Positions 29,021 to 39,516 of a stretch of DNA of 64,000 nt are shown here, one piece after another. The stretch comes from Nitrospinales bacterium (GTDB taxonomy: Bacteria > Nitrospinota > Nitrospinia > Nitrospinales > VA-1), in contig CBDCWG010000012.1 of NCBI GenBank assembly GCA_965223345.1, positions 3,200,001 through 3,264,000 on the forward strand, written 5' to 3'. The first letter of the stretch is position 1. Each line of letters starts with the position of its first letter. The notes beneath the pieces are model-generated. The model searched no databases and had not been told where the DNA came from. It worked only from the letters and a program-made list of their open reading frames with translations. Position numbers and translations under genes: made by a program.

Positions 29021-29404
29021 TGCGTGCGTCCCGGGTTCGGGTCTTCCCAGCGGGAAGCGCCCCTTTTTTTGAGCGATAGGGAATAATATATAAAAATCAT
29101 TATCTTTTAAAGGGGTATAGGGTCCGGCTGCAAATTCTCTTGTCTCACGGCTGAAAAAAGCCGGGCGTTTACGCTGAGAACAGTCATTATCCCTTAAATA
29201 TCAATTCATTCTGATTTTTATCCCGGAGGTGAACGGCTTCGGCTCTTTTATTGCCCCAAAGTCAGTGAGATTTTTCTACACATTTGGCCGCCCTTTGATA
29301 AAATTTCGGCTCATGTCTGAAAAGGCTTTTTCCCTGAATCTTTTGCGTCCGCCGGGAATCCAAACCTTTTACGACCGATTTGCCGAACTCAATCCAAACG
29401 AGCG

Positions 29405-29908
29405 ATGGACATCACCAACGAAGAGCTGTTGAGGCTTTCCACAAAAATCGAGCGCGAGGGCAAAGCCTTTTACACGGAACTGGCCGAACACATTCGCGAG
29501 CCGGACGTGAAAGAGTTCCTTGAGACCATGGCGAAAGAAGAGGCCACCCACGAAATCCAGTTCGCCAAAATGCTCTCGGAAAAAGGCGAACGCCCTTTCG
29601 GCTGGGAGTCGAACGCATCGCTGCGCGCGCTCATCGACGCGCAGTACCAGACCGACATCTTCCCCAATCTCGATGAGCTTTTCGATCAGATGCCCCGGTT
29701 CCAGGGGATTCAGAAAGCCATCGGATTCGCTCTGGAAGCGGAAAAGGTTTCCGCTGAATTTTACGGCCTGATGCAGGAAGTCTGCACCGACATCAAGACC
29801 AAAACCCTGCTCGTTCTTCTGGAAAGAGCGGAGCAGGACCACCTCGACCGCATCGAACAACTGAAAGAACGTTACCTGACCCAGTCGCCGGACGAATCCT
29901 CTCTCTGA
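29405..29908 (+). CDS. Ferritin-like/rubrerythrin-family di-iron protein
   Basis: Two E...FY...ExxH halves (IERE/EEATH, AEKV/EQDH), no rubredoxin domain. Confidence 0.85.
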   Translation: MDITNEELLRLSTKIEREGKAFYTELAEHIREPDVKEFLETMAKEEATHEIQFAKMLSEKGERPFGWESNASLRALIDAQYQTDIFPNLDELFDQMPRFQGIQKAIGFALEAEKVSAEFYGLMQEVCTDIKTKTLLVLLERAEQDHLDRIEQLKERYLTQSPDESSL

Positions 29909-29986
29909 GCATCTTCCGCTCTCCCCTTTCAAGCCTGCTTTCACCGTTTGCAAAACACAGATTCAGCCCTTGCGCGCTTTTGGCGC

Positions 29987-30020
29987 AAAAAAAAGCAGTA
30001 CCGGCCGAAACCGGTACTGC
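29987..30020 (-). terminator. Intrinsic terminator after the 30042 gene
   Basis: 10-bp stem GCAGTACCGG/CCGGTACTGC followed by U8 on the minus strand. Confidence 0.85.
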
Positions 30021-30041
30021 TCGAATGGAATGCGATCTGGC

Positions 30042-30842
30042 TTATTTTGCGGCCAACTCGAAATCCTGTTTGGCTTCACCATCGGCCACGGTCACTTCCT
30101 TGGTCACTTCTCCCACGTAGGGATGCCAGGCGGTGACTTTGTATTTGCCGGCGGGGATGCCGTCGATTTTGAACGCGCCGTCTTTCCCGCTGATTGCATA
30201 GTACGGGTTCCAGACGATGCGGGCATCGGCTTCCATGAAGTTGTGCTGATCGCACTGCAGGAAGAAATGCTTGTCTTTTTTCTGCTTGAAGCGCTTCAGG
30301 GACTTGGTGACGTCGGCCACATCGCCCTTGGAAGGCAGGGGTTTGTTGAACAGGGTCTTGCGGTTCGCACCGACCACGGAGTAACCGTGCGGGTTGTGCA
30401 GAATGTCCGGATCCTGATTGGTGATCTTCATCAACCCTTCTTTCATGCCTTTCGGGGTTTTCCGGGCAACAGAGACTTTCGGAAAAATGTCGCAGTCTTT
30501 GAAGTCGAAATTGATCGGCTCTTTAGACCAGGCTTTGCCTTTTTCGATGTTCTCGATGAAGACCACCGTGTCAGAGAGCTTGCCGCCGTCGGCCACCACT
30601 TTGTGCCGCGGGCGCATGTTGTCTTTGGCATCGGGATGCTTGGCGCAGAACTCGACGTTTTTACCTTTGCTCAAATCTTCCATGATCGGTGCCGGTGCAT
30701 CGCCTTTCAACGTCACCACACCGCTGATGGACCCGCCACCGGCGGCTCCTTCCTCATACTTGCCTTTTTTTGCGAAGCTGGTAGACGCACCGAGGACCAG
30801 TGCCACTGCTAAAACGAGTACTCCCAACAATACTTTTTTCAT
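30042..30842 (-). CDS. Exported carboxypeptidase-regulatory-like/cupredoxin-like protein (paralog 3)
   Basis: Start MKKVLL with AAGGAGG RBS. HNPH...CDQHNFM, GAFKIDGIPAGKYKVTAWHP. Confidence 0.82.
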   Translation of the reverse strand: MKKVLLGVLVLAVALVLGASTSFAKKGKYEEGAAGGGSISGVVTLKGDAPAPIMEDLSKGKNVEFCAKHPDAKDNMRPRHKVVADGGKLSDTVVFIENIEKGKAWSKEPINFDFKDCDIFPKVSVARKTPKGMKEGLMKITNQDPDILHNPHGYSVVGANRKTLFNKPLPSKGDVADVTKSLKRFKQKKDKHFFLQCDQHNFMEADARIVWNPYYAISGKDGAFKIDGIPAGKYKVTAWHPYVGEVTKEVTVADGEAKQDFELAAK

Positions 30843-30986
30843 TGCCTTCGATCCCTCCTTAGTTGGACGAAACATTAATATACACCCACCATCGAGTGAT
30901 TGTGGTCTTTGTAATGACGCTTGATCGAACCGGGAGCCGACTATTATAGCACTTATTATACAATCCTCAAGAGTCATCGAAAAAAG

Positions 30987-31018
30987 AAAAAGGGGGCCCT
31001 GTACAGAGGCCCCCTTTT
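30987..31018 (-). terminator. Intrinsic terminator after multicopper oxidase copy 2
   Basis: AAAAGGGGGCC/GGCCCCCTTTT stem with a U-rich tail on the minus strand. Confidence 0.8.
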
Positions 31019-31034
31019 AATTTTAAGCCATGAA

Positions 31035-34000
31035 CTACTTGTTCATGGACAGCCTGTCATCCCCCACCTGCTCGGTGGAAGCGGCTTTCTTCGGCTTGGC
31101 AGCACCCTGGCCCAGAGGCAGGATGGACTGCTCACCCGCAGGAAGCACCTTGAAATAACCCCACTGACCTGCCTGCTGATAGGGGGTCCTCGCATTCAGC
31201 CACAGGTAAGTGCCGGGATTCCGGTAGGTGCCGCCGGCTTTGAAGAAGGCCTGGATGTACTCGCCGCCACCGAACTCCTCGACATCGATCATGTCCGAGT
31301 TGTCCTGCATGATATGGCGGCGCCACTGATGGCCGTCCAGGTTGAACATCTGGTTCTGCTCGTTGTGCGCACCGAACACGTTGATCATCACCTGATCTCC
31401 GGCATGTGCCTTGAGCACCGGAGTCGCGGGATCGCTGTCCGCCGCGACGCAGGGCGTGAAGATATTGCCCAGCTCACAACCTTCATCCTCGCGGTAGCTC
31501 CAGGGCTCCAACCGGTAGTTGACGCCCGTGAGACCCGCCACGTTCTGCAGATAAGGCATGAACGAGGTGCCGAGGATGTTGTCTTCATCCTGGAAGTACA
31601 GAGCGAAATCGCGGTAGTTCTCGAGATGCTCGTTTCCGGGATAGGATTTATCGACGATGACGTCCGCTTTCCAGGAGTTGGCCAAAGAGATATCCTTGCC
31701 GGTCTCAGGATCGCGGTACACCGAACCGCGCGGTCCGATGATGATCGCGCCGTACATGCCGTCGCGAACGTTGGTCGTCAGGTTGCCGAAATCCCACAGC
31801 AATGCGCCGTTCAGACCGTAGTCCGGATGGGCATAATACGTGTAGGTCTTCGACTTGCCAGGCGCCACCGTCTGATCTCCGGGGTTGTTCCCCACGTTGA
31901 TCCCCTGGGAATCCATGGGATCGAACGCCACGTTGTTGGCGTGCAGGGACGCGTTCCCTTCTTTCAGGCGGTTGGTCAGCTTGATCTTGATGCAGTCGCC
32001 GATGTTCGCGCGAATGGTCAGAGGATGCGGCATCCCTCCATCGTCCGCCGCTTTGCTGACTTCACCCTCGAGAGCGAAGATCTTGGCGTTGGCGTTCGCA
32101 AGCAAAAGCTTGCGCTCGAAATCCACCTCGATCTCATCCTCGGTGTTGGGATTGAACTTCAACGCTTTGTTGATCGCCACCACGCTGAAGTTTTTCACCG
32201 GGGCGTCTTTCGGGCAAAGCGTCTTGCGAATCTTCTTCTTGAACTCCACTTCCTCGTTGCCCGGCAGCTCCTTCAGATCTTTCTGGAGCTTGTCGTGCAC
32301 CCGGATGATGCCCCAGGTGCCTTCCGACAACTTGGAGGTGCGGCCGTCGTAATACAGATAGTCGCCGGCCATGCCCTGATAACCACCCGCGGTGGTCGCC
32401 AGGTCGTAGCGTTCCGCGATACCCACATGCAACGCGTTGGTGACGCGGGAATCCCTGTCGTACCGCTCGGGCCGGTAGCCGTGACCGGAAACGACGAAGG
32501 TGTGGGTCTCGTTCATCATGCCGTGCAGCAGCCGGAACACGATGTTGTCGCCCACATAGGCGCGCAACATCGGCGTTGCGGGTTCTCCATGCACTTTGCT
32601 GCTGAACAGTTTGGACGCGTCCTTGTTGTTGGCCAAACGCGCCGTCAGAGAAGCCGCCCGGAAGTTGAAGCCGCCTCCGGTGGTGTGTGTGCCACCGTTC
32701 AGATACGGGAACGCCACTTCAAGCATGTCGTCCGGCATCTGGAACGAGATGGACTGACCGGCTGCGATGGCGTTCTCGCGGGACAGGCCCGGAGGATTGC
32801 CTTCGGTCACCAGCTGCGCGGTGTGCGGCACGGTGTCGTGCACCTGCGCCACCAGCTCGCGGAAGCTGCCGTTGCGGCCATATGCAAACGGTTCGGTGCC
32901 GTGGATGTCGGCAACCGGGCCGCTGCGGATCTCTTTGCCCGTTTTGGGATCGTGATACGTGGATCCCCAGGGCTCGACGATCGTGGAGCCGATGCCGCCG
33001 TGCGGCCAGGTGGTCGCGCCGAACGCATGGTCGTGCCAGAACACCAGCCCGACATCCGCATCGACCCACCAGCGGTAACGCACGAACTCGGTGGTCACAA
33101 TCTCACCCCGCCTTGTGGCCGTGCTTCATGGCTTCGGTGAAGGTGATCTTGTACCTTCCATCCTTGGCCAGGCCTTTGCGCGGATCGGGAGACATGGACT
33201 TGATCCAGCGCGCGTCCTTGCCGTTGGGCACTTCGATGCCGACCATGATGTCCGCACCGACGTGGAACGGCGTGGAGCCTTTCGCCATTTCGATCTCGAT
33301 GGTCGTGTCGCCAGGCTTGGTGTCTTTCAAAAGCTTGGAGTTCATCGGGACCACGGCATGCCGACATGGTGACCGTCCTTCATCTTCTTGGTGAACTGCG
33401 TGTAGGATCTCATGGACTGATCGTATGAGAATCCGGAGATCACGCCGTCGGAGGCCTGATTGTCGAACTGGAAGAAATGCGGATGGATGTTGATTTTCGA
33501 CATCTGGAAGTTCGTGAAGTCGTCGTCGTTCCATTCGCTGGTGAGAATCAGGTCCACGCAGTCATACACGTTGGCGCGGATGACCAGAGGAATCGCCTTC
33601 TTCGGATCGGCTTTCACCGCCGCCATGTCTTCATCGATCACGTAGATGAGACCGTACTTGTCGATGATCGGCGGGGTTTTGCCGATGGCGTCGGAAAGCT
33701 GAATCGGCGTGTTGATGAAGTGCAGGTTGTACTGTTTTCTGCCTGCGCCTCTCGGGCAAAGACTCCAGCGGCCGTGTTCGCCGGGTTTCGCGGGAGCGCT
33801 GCTTTCCACGTTCGGCCCGGATTTGCCGCTGCCTGATTCCGTATCGAGGATCTCATCGTCCGGCAACAGGTGGAACGGTTCCAGCCAGGGTGCGCCGCCG
33901 TGATGACGGGCGAACGGAACCCGCTTGCCGAAATGCGGCGTCATGTGCGGCCACGCCAGCTTCCCTGTGAGCGGGGAAAACTGAATCGGATGCCGCTTGC

Positions 34001-35981
34001 CGGGATGCGGAGATTTGTATTTCGGCCATTTGACGATGGTTTCCCGCTCGGAAAGCGCGGTGGTGCCTTTCCAGCCGTAATCCCAAACCGAACCGTCGTA
34101 AGCCAATACCTGCCCTTTCAGATCGTCGGTGTGACCGGGCTTGCCCTGAGGCGGCAGCATGTACTTGACCCAGTCCTTGACATTGACGACCGGTGCTTTC
34201 TGGGTCCAGTCGCTTTTGCCTTTGCCGACGATTTTAAACTTCTTGCCAAACCAGTCCATGGTCTTGCCGACCAGTTTGTCGGAGCTGACCCCTTTGGGGA
34301 TCCGGCCCTTGCGGTCGGGAAGCTCCTGCAGCGGACGCATGACGTCGGTGCTGCCGAACGGATAGTTGCCGTCCTGGATCGTGTTGTACACGCGCCAGTA
34401 GCCCCACATGCCCGCCACGTAGTGATGCGCGACATGGCAATGGAACAGAAAGTCGCCCGCCAACCGCTGGCACAGACCGGAACCGCATTCGGTCTCAAGG
34501 TCCAGTGCTTCGGAAGGACCGATGACTTCCACGTCCACGCGGTCGGTCGTGGTGCGAACCACGGGATATTTAACCGGGCCGTTCCACGCGGCGGTGGTCA
34601 GGTTTTCCAGGCCGGGCTCACGCTTGGGAGAGCGGGTCCAGCGGATGGTGCCACCATGCGGATGGTGCGAGTGGAACACTTCGCCGCCGCCATGAATCAG
34701 GCGGAACTTCGCAGGATCGCCCAGGTAGGACCGGGGGATCGTGGTCGGCGCGTCGCCGAAGGTATAGGAACTGTAAGACAGGGATTCATCTTCAAAGTGG
34801 AACTTCTTTTCCTGAACCGCGAGGTTGTTGATGCCGAACGGCTCACTGCGGTAGTTCATCGCACGCGCGGAAGGACGGTAGGCGTCGGTCTGCGGGTCGC
34901 GCTGCGGAATCATCTCGCCGTGACGGTTCAGGGGACGGAAAGACTCGTCGCCGACTTCGTGGTAGAAAAGTGCGAACTCACGGAAGTCTTTGGCATCGTC
35001 GTTGACGATCATCGCCATCCAGCCCGATTCCAGCGGACCGCCGGTCCACGGATCGAGATACTTGGAGCCTTTCGGCTCGACGATGAACGCGCCGATCAGA
35101 CCCAGTGAAGAAGGATCGCGGCCGGCATGACTCTGAATCATGTGGCTGCCTTCCTGCTCGTCGATGGGAATGTACCACTCGAAATCCTGCGATTCGCCGG
35201 AGGCGATGATGGCCCCGGGAGACGCGGCGGTGGCCGGCGCACCGGAGGAGCTGATGATCATCGCGGAACCGTTGACCTGAAATCCGATGTCCTCGTCCTC
35301 AACTTCGTTGCGGACCTTGAAGCGCACGCAGTCGCCCTGGTTGCCGCGGATGGTCAGAGGCTGGATCAAGTCACCCTGCAAACCGTTGGTGAGAGAGCCG
35401 GGGTCCAGTTCGTCTTCGCGTGCTTTCGCGTTTTTCTCTTCATCCTTGCGGATCTGATCCACGTCCTTGGTCATAGCGTACATGTAGCCGGGATAGTAGT
35501 CGCCCCACTGGTTCAGCGTGACTTCCACGTTGATGGCCGTGATGTCGTAAGTCTTGACCGGAGCGGAACTGGGGCAATGCGCGCCCTTGTACACTTTCTC
35601 CGCGGCCTCGGACGGTCCCAGCAGATAGCTCTGGCCGAGCTGATGCGCCGCCCAGGAATCGTGGAAACCTCCGCCCGAGGAAGCCGGCGCGGCGTGCTCT
35701 TTGAGCTTGCCCTTCAACCGGTCCATCATACGCATGAAGGTGTTGTTCATGCGTTCCTGGCGGTTTTCCATGCCGCTCATCATCTCTTCGGTGTTGACCT
35801 GCTCCTCCAGCTTCTTCAACCAGGCCGGCTGGTCAACAGCCGGACCGATGCTCGAGGGCTTGCCGTGCATCGAATGATCCATCTTCATCTGTGCGCCTGC
35901 GGGAAGCCCCCACCCCAGGACCACGAGGGCTGTCGCCAGCGCACAACCAGTTATCCACCTCTTTTTTACCTGAAACTGCAT
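31035..35981 (-). pseudogene. Giant multicopper oxidase copy 2, frameshifted as sequenced (pseudogene or sequence error)
   Basis: ORF pieces 33342-35981, 33103-33350 and 31035-33105 align collinearly with copy 1. There is a +2 insertion at ~33353 and a +1 C at 33106-33109 relative to copy 1. Confidence 0.8.
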
Positions 35982-36209
35982 TTCATATCCTCCCATTGGT
36001 GATACGCATAAAATGCATATGATTTGCATCGAGACGCCACCTTGCGATGGGGCCTTGAGCAAACCTTTTCTTGATCCGCGCAGCCTCCCAACTGGCGGTC
36101 AGACCTCTTTATTTAAGGATTTTGCTTCGAAAGATCCTTGAAATTCGAATTTTGGATTGAAAAAGCGGGCTTTTCACCGTGAATAAATGACCGGAAACTC
36201 TACCATATT

Positions 36210-37583
36210 TTAATTTTCCTGCACAAGGGCCAAATGGAATTTTTTTTCGTCGCGCTTCAAAAGCAGAAATACCGGCCCGCCGCGGGGAATTTTGTGCACG
36301 ATGTTCTCGTAATGCTTGCGGCTGGTCACGATTTCGCCGTTGACGGACAATATCCGATCTCCGGTCTGCAGGCCTTTGGCCTCGGCGGAACTGCCGGGAG
36401 CGATCCGGCTGATGCCGAGCCCCTCCTTATCCTCGTCCGAATCCAGTTCCTCGGCGGCATCCAGCACCTCGATGCCCAGCACATTGGTCGATTCCCCCTG
36501 ATCCTTTAGGGAAGCCCGGGCCTGAACCTCGTTTTTCTGCTGCTCCAGCTTGACAGGGATCAACTGCGACTGCCCGTCGCGCAGGATGTCCAGGTGCACG
36601 GTCTGGCCGGGTGAAATGACGCCGATGATGCGGATCATTCGGGCCGGCGAATTCACCGGCACCCCGCCGATTTTCAGAATGACATCGCCCACCTTCACGC
36701 CCGCCTTGTGCGCCGGGTCGCCGTCGAACACCGAATTGACCATCACGCCCTCGCCCTCCTTGAGCAGCTCCCAGCCATCGACCAGTTCCGGGTTCACCGG
36801 CTCGATGCCCACGCCCAGCCAGCCGCGCCGCACTTCTCCGAATTCACGCAACTGCGATACGACGCGCTGCACCATGTTGGAGGGGATCGCAAAGCCGATG
36901 CTCTGCGCGTAATTGATGATGGCGGTGTTGATGCCGATGACCTCGCCGTCGAGGGTGATCAGGGGCCCGCCGGAGTTGCCGGGATTGATGGAAGCGTCGG
37001 TCTGGATGAAGTCTTCGTAGCGGGACAGGTTGATGTTTTCCCGATTGAGGCCGCTGATGATGCCGAAGGTCATGGTGTCGTTCAGTCCGTAGGGATTGCC
37101 GACCGCCACCACCATCTGGCCCACTTTGGCTTCCTGCGAATCCGCGAATTTCACCGAAGGCATGGGCTCGTCCAGCTCGATGCGCACCAGTGCGAGGTCC
37201 GTGTCTTCGTCGGTGCCCAGAACCTCGCCGATTTTTTCCTTCCCTCCGAACAGGGTCACCTGCACTTTATCGGAGCTCCTAACAACGTGACTGTTGGTGA
37301 CGATCAGGCCCTTTTCCCCGTCGATGATCACCCCCGCTCCGGCGTTGGAAGGGCGGCCGCGGCCCAGCCCCTTGGGCTGAACGATCTGTGAAGGAGGCAC
37401 GTAGGGCGAAATGCTGACCACCGCGGGCCGGACTCTGTCCGCCAGGGAAATGAGCGCGGACTGGATCTCTCTCAGCAGGTTCAGACCCCGGGGTTCTGCG
37501 AAGGCGGTGCCTCCGAACAGGACGCAATAAAAAATGAAACCCAGGATGGCAGTGCGAAGTCTTAATAGGAGTGGATCGTTCAT
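36210..37583 (-). CDS. HtrA/DegP-family serine protease with two PDZ domains
   Basis: TNSHVV, DLAL and QTDASINPGNSGGPL motifs, plus two PDZ domains. Confidence 0.95.
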   Translation of the reverse strand: MNDPLLLRLRTAILGFIFYCVLFGGTAFAEPRGLNLLREIQSALISLADRVRPAVVSISPYVPPSQIVQPKGLGRGRPSNAGAGVIIDGEKGLIVTNSHVVRSSDKVQVTLFGGKEKIGEVLGTDEDTDLALVRIELDEPMPSVKFADSQEAKVGQMVVAVGNPYGLNDTMTFGIISGLNRENINLSRYEDFIQTDASINPGNSGGPLITLDGEVIGINTAIINYAQSIGFAIPSNMVQRVVSQLREFGEVRRGWLGVGIEPVNPELVDGWELLKEGEGVMVNSVFDGDPAHKAGVKVGDVILKIGGVPVNSPARMIRIIGVISPGQTVHLDILRDGQSQLIPVKLEQQKNEVQARASLKDQGESTNVLGIEVLDAAEELDSDEDKEGLGISRIAPGSSAEAKGLQTGDRILSVNGEIVTSRKHYENIVHKIPRGGPVFLLLKRDEKKFHLALVQEN

Positions 37584-38010
37584 GATATCATGGACCGGCG
37601 ATGGGGTTGACCCTTCCGGGTAACAGGAGGGGAAGAGGGCTGTTTTCCCGGATGCGAAATAGTGAAACTCGGACAGCTATGAAAATTATACCTTATCTTA
37701 CGCGATCATGAATTTTGCAAACACGCCGCTGAATTCGGATTTCAAGGAGTTTGAAGGGTCTATTTTTTACTCATTCCAACGGCGTTGTCAAGACAAGAAA
37801 CGGCCCGCACGGCCGCCTTTTGGCGCCGCCTTTCGCCCGGCCCGGCCGCGGCCAGTGGAAATGCATTCAAAACTCTGATTCGTGGGGACTTTTTCTGTCA
37901 CCGCCGCTGCAGAACGGCATTAAAAACACATGAAAATCTGATTGATTATCGGGAGCCCCGAAGCGGTTTCGCGGCGGGGAAGTTTTCGACTTTTTACAAG
38001 GGAAAAGCCT

Positions 38011-38694
38011 GTGGAGCAATCTGAAAACAAGACAGCGGAAGAAATTCTCAAATGGACGGCGGACCGTTACGGGGTGCGGGCCGGACTGGCCTCGAGTTTC
38101 GGCATGGAGGATGTGGTGCTGATCGACATGATCTCCAAACTGGGCGGCGGACTGACGGTGTTCACGCTCGACACCGGCCGCCTGCACGAGGAGACCTACC
38201 AGACGATGGACCGGGTGCGCAGCCGCTACGACATCGAGATCAAGACCTACTTTCCGCAAAAGGACTCGGTGGAGCGCCTGGTGCGCGAGAAGGGTTTTTT
38301 TTCGTTCAAGGAAACCGTGGAGAACCGCAAGGAGTGCTGCTTCATCCGCAAGGTGGAACCGCTCAACCGGGCGCTGTCCGAACTCGATGCCTGGATAACC
38401 GGTCTCAGGCGCGATCAAAACGTCACCCGCACCGACATTCAGAAAGTGGAGGAAGACGCGGACCACCCTCCCCTGCTCAAGATCAATCCGATCGCCGACT
38501 GGACGCAGCAGCGCGTGGAAGACTACATCAAGGCGAACAAGGTGCCCGTCAACCCGCTGCACGCGCAGCAATACCCGAGCATCGGCTGCGCCCCCTGCAC
38601 CCGTCCCATCGAGCCCGGCGAAGATGCGCGGGCGGGACGCTGGTGGTGGGAAAACCCGGAACACAAGGAATGCGGCCTGCACCGGCCGAAGTGA
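38011..38694 (+). CDS. cysH: CysH-family (P)APS reductase, Fe-S (APS reductase) type
   Basis: LDTG, CCFIRKVEPL, WITGLRRDQ, SIGCAPCT, ECGLH. GTG start assumed. Confidence 0.92.
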   Translation: MEQSENKTAEEILKWTADRYGVRAGLASSFGMEDVVLIDMISKLGGGLTVFTLDTGRLHEETYQTMDRVRSRYDIEIKTYFPQKDSVERLVREKGFFSFKETVENRKECCFIRKVEPLNRALSELDAWITGLRRDQNVTRTDIQKVEEDADHPPLLKINPIADWTQQRVEDYIKANKVPVNPLHAQQYPSIGCAPCTRPIEPGEDARAGRWWWENPEHKECGLHRPK

Positions 38695-38712
38695 CCCTTT
38701 TCCTCTCCGGCT

Positions 38713-39429
38713 TCACGGCCTCTTCCCGGCAGACTCTTTACCGGCGTGGATGCGCTCCATGTCGTTGAGCACCGACACGATGAGCGGCACGAGCCAGGAC
38801 GCCGCCTGCCGGGCTTTTTTAAAGACGTTTCCCTGCAACCGGTCTTTTCCGGCTTTCCAGCGCGCCGCCATCCAGCGGTCGGCCTCGATGCACAAAAGCG
38901 GCAGCAGTTGAAACGCCATGCCGGCAACCGCGAGCGTTTCCTCGACCCAGCCCCGCCATCCTGCGGAAGCGATGCGGCTTTGCCGGGGCGATGCGGGCAT
39001 CCAGGCGCTGGGGTGCGTGGTGTGGATGAACAACAGTGAGATCAGGAACATCAGAGCGATGCGGCTGGTGTTCTGCGCGCCGGTTTCAAGCCCTTCCCAG
39101 GTGAGCGTCAGGGGAAAACCCGAAAACGCCTGAACGGGCGTTCCCGGTGTGAACAGGACCGGAAACAGCCCCGCGATCAACAGAAACCAGAAAACCGATT
39201 TCATCGCCACAAAGAGCCTGGGCAACGCATAACCGGAAAGCCGCGCGCCTGTCAGGCCCGCGGCGGCCAGAACCGCGATCCCCGGCCACCCGCCGAGCAC
39301 CGCGCCTGCAGCCAGAAGCAGAGCGAGACCGATTTTCCAGTGCACGGCTAGCCGATGCAGTGGGCCGTCGCCCGGCGTGTGGGAGCTGGAAAAAAGCGTG
39401 CGCGATAAATAACCGGCATCCTTTTGCAT
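38713..39429 (-). CDS. Energy-coupling factor transmembrane component T (EcfT/CbiQ-like), diverged
   Basis: PGDGPLHRL...K, LFTPG, TT.P, FQLLPLL..EA and LVPLIVS segments. Confidence 0.7.
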   Translation of the reverse strand: MQKDAGYLSRTLFSSSHTPGDGPLHRLAVHWKIGLALLLAAGAVLGGWPGIAVLAAAGLTGARLSGYALPRLFVAMKSVFWFLLIAGLFPVLFTPGTPVQAFSGFPLTLTWEGLETGAQNTSRIALMFLISLLFIHTTHPSAWMPASPRQSRIASAGWRGWVEETLAVAGMAFQLLPLLCIEADRWMAARWKAGKDRLQGNVFKKARQAASWLVPLIVSVLNDMERIHAGKESAGKRP

Positions 39430-39516
39430 AACCCATCCCCCAATGCGGAGCGGATCGCTTGATCGCCCGGACAAATTGTGGAATCATACGATGCGTTTCT
39501 GACACCACACAGTGCG

